Source: Planctomycetota bacterium
GTDB lineage: Bacteria > Planctomycetota > Phycisphaerae > Phycisphaerales > UBA1924
Direction of reading: 5' to 3'
Assembly: GCA_023429345.1 (NCBI GenBank)
Contig: JAEYVB010000369.1
Coordinates: forward strand, 1-27,058
DNA: 27,058 nucleotides
Shown here: one piece after another, positions 25,598 to 27,058 of the stretch
Position numbering within the stretch: position 1 is the stretch's first letter
Layout: the number at the start of each line of letters is the position of its first letter
Notes under the pieces: generated by a model
What the model was told of the DNA's origin: nothing
Seen by the model: the letters and a program-made list of their open reading frames with translations, nothing else
Databases searched by the model: none
Translations under genes and position numbers: made by a program

Positions 25598-26926
25598 GGG
25601 AGTCGCGTTGCAGATGCCGCTCCCGCACGTCGTGTTCGGCCCCGACCACGTCGCGTTGGGAATCACCGAGCAGTCCGCCTGCGTCAGCGTCAGGCACCCG
25701 CCGTTGACGCAGCAGGCCCCCGGCGGCTGCGGGCAGCTCACCCCGCCGCACTGCGAGCCCGCGCCCTGGAACACGCCGCTCTGCGCGGTGCAGGCGCTGG
25801 CCGTCACGCTCGCGCACGTCCCGTCGGGCAGGCAGCACGCACCCACCGGGCAGTTCCCCGAGGCGCAGCTGCTGCCGTTCCCCTGGTACACGCCCGACGC
25901 AGTCGCGCAGTCCGCCTCTGACAAGTTCACGCACGACCCGCCGAAGCAGCACGCCCCCGTCGCGCTCGGGCACGCCGTGCAGGCCGTGTTGTCCCCCTGG
26001 TAGACGCCGCTCTGCGCGGTGCACGCCGCCTGCGTCAGAACCTGGCACGTCTGCCCCGCGAGGCAGCACGCCCCTGTCGCCGGCGTGCAGTTCAGCGCCT
26101 CCCACGTCATGCGGATCACCCAGTCCCCGGTCGGGCGGCAGTTGGACCCGAGCGACCCGAAGGACGACCACCCCGACGGGCACGTCGACGGGCACGCGGC
26201 GTTGGCGAAAATCAGGTTCCCGCTCGGGCTCGCCAGCCCCGAAAGATCCGTCATCGGGAACCCGTCCGAGAACGGGTCCGGCGTGCACGGCGTCGACGCG
26301 TTCTGAAGCTGGTCGATCTTGAACCCCAGCGTGAACGTCTGGGTCCCGTTGTCGTTGATGATGATCTGGTCCGGGTCGTTCGGGTCCACCGAGAACGTCA
26401 TGTGCAGCGCGTTGGCCCCCGCCGGGATCGTCGCGTGCGGCAGGATCGTCCCGTCCGACGACTCGTGCGCGACCAGCGTACCGTTCGTCGGCGTCCCCTC
26501 CCACACCTGCACCGACCACTCAATCGTCGTCGAGCTCGCGCCCCACTTCCCCCACAAAATTTCCGCCGTGTTCAGCTTGATCGGGAAGCTCGCCGCCGGC
26601 GCGGTAAACACCACCGCCGCAATCTCCCCCTCCGCCATCCCCGCCTGAAGGTTCGCGTTCGTCCCCGACTGGAACGGATGGTCCGTGTGCGCCGACGTCA
26701 CCACGCAATCCATGAAGCTCGGGAAGGGCCCGCGCGAGAACCCGTTGTGCGTCACGTGCTGCGTCGCCACCGCACCGATCAGCATCGGCCGCGACCCGAA
26801 CCGGTCGCGCCCCCCCGCCTGTCCAAGGGCCGGCGACGCGCCCGCCAGCACGAGCCCCGCCCCGCCCGCCGCGGCCAGGACCGTGCACACCGAGACTCTC
26901 CCCGCGCCGGCGTTTCGAACCCGCAT
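25412..26926 (-). CDS. Secreted protein with four GACC Cys-rich repeats and GC-type dockerin-like module
   Basis: ATG 26926 with SD GGAGGG; signal peptide ..SPALG|Q; unrecognised N-terminal domain; four 6-Cys repeats (25610-26074); module ends FAAACP. Confidence 0.88.
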   Translation of the reverse strand: MRVRNAGAGRVSVCTVLAAAGGAGLVLAGASPALGQAGGRDRFGSRPMLIGAVATQHVTHNGFSRGPFPSFMDCVVTSAHTDHPFQSGTNANLQAGMAEGEIAAVVFTAPAASFPIKLNTAEILWGKWGASSTTIEWSVQVWEGTPTNGTLVAHESSDGTILPHATIPAGANALHMTFSVDPNDPDQIIINDNGTQTFTLGFKIDQLQNASTPCTPDPFSDGFPMTDLSGLASPSGNLIFANAACPSTCPSGWSSFGSLGSNCRPTGDWVIRMTWEALNCTPATGACCLAGQTCQVLTQAACTAQSGVYQGDNTACTACPSATGACCFGGSCVNLSEADCATASGVYQGNGSSCASGNCPVGACCLPDGTCASVTASACTAQSGVFQGAGSQCGGVSCPQPPGACCVNGGCLTLTQADCSVIPNATWSGPNTTCGSGICNATPCYANCDGSTQTPVLNVADFTCFLQRFAGGESYANCDQSTTPPVLNVADFTCFLQAFAAACP

Positions 26927-27058
26927 ATCGCCCTCCATTGGCAGGCGTACTCACAACACTCGGGCCGAGCGGCCCGGTGACCTCTCTCAATCTACCTCCA
27001 ATCTGTTCGCATCCAACCCCGACCGCGTTCCCAACCCCGAGCGCATCCCCCCCAAAGG

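Overview
Very GC-rich bacterial chromosomal segment, most likely from a planctomycete of the Phycisphaerales (inferred from the TIGR02999-type ECF sigma/Ser-Thr kinase pair and the Gly-Cys-ending dockerin-like C-termini). It holds 21 supportable CDSs and no rRNA, tRNA, CRISPR or mobile element. A housekeeping core (lspA, dksA-like, accA, proC, ABC transporter, CRTAC1-like protein, phhA, thioesterase, HIT) is flanked by clusters of secreted proteins. Seven unrelated secreted proteins end in the same Cys-rich dockerin-like module (six full 61-aa copies, one 31-aa half copy), which suggests a shared docking or sorting system whose partner is not in the window. Also seen: Gln at +1 of 8 of 9 predicted signal-peptide cleavage sites, TANNNT-N5-8-ATG leaderless starts on 7 genes, a multi-stem leader that pairs over a Shine-Dalgarno site (8252-8397), an ECF-type promoter plus terminator enclosing an unannotated ~165-nt transcript (23841-24040), and a one-Cys DksA-like protein with a long histone-like tail. 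All calls come from reading the sequence by eye; no searches were run.
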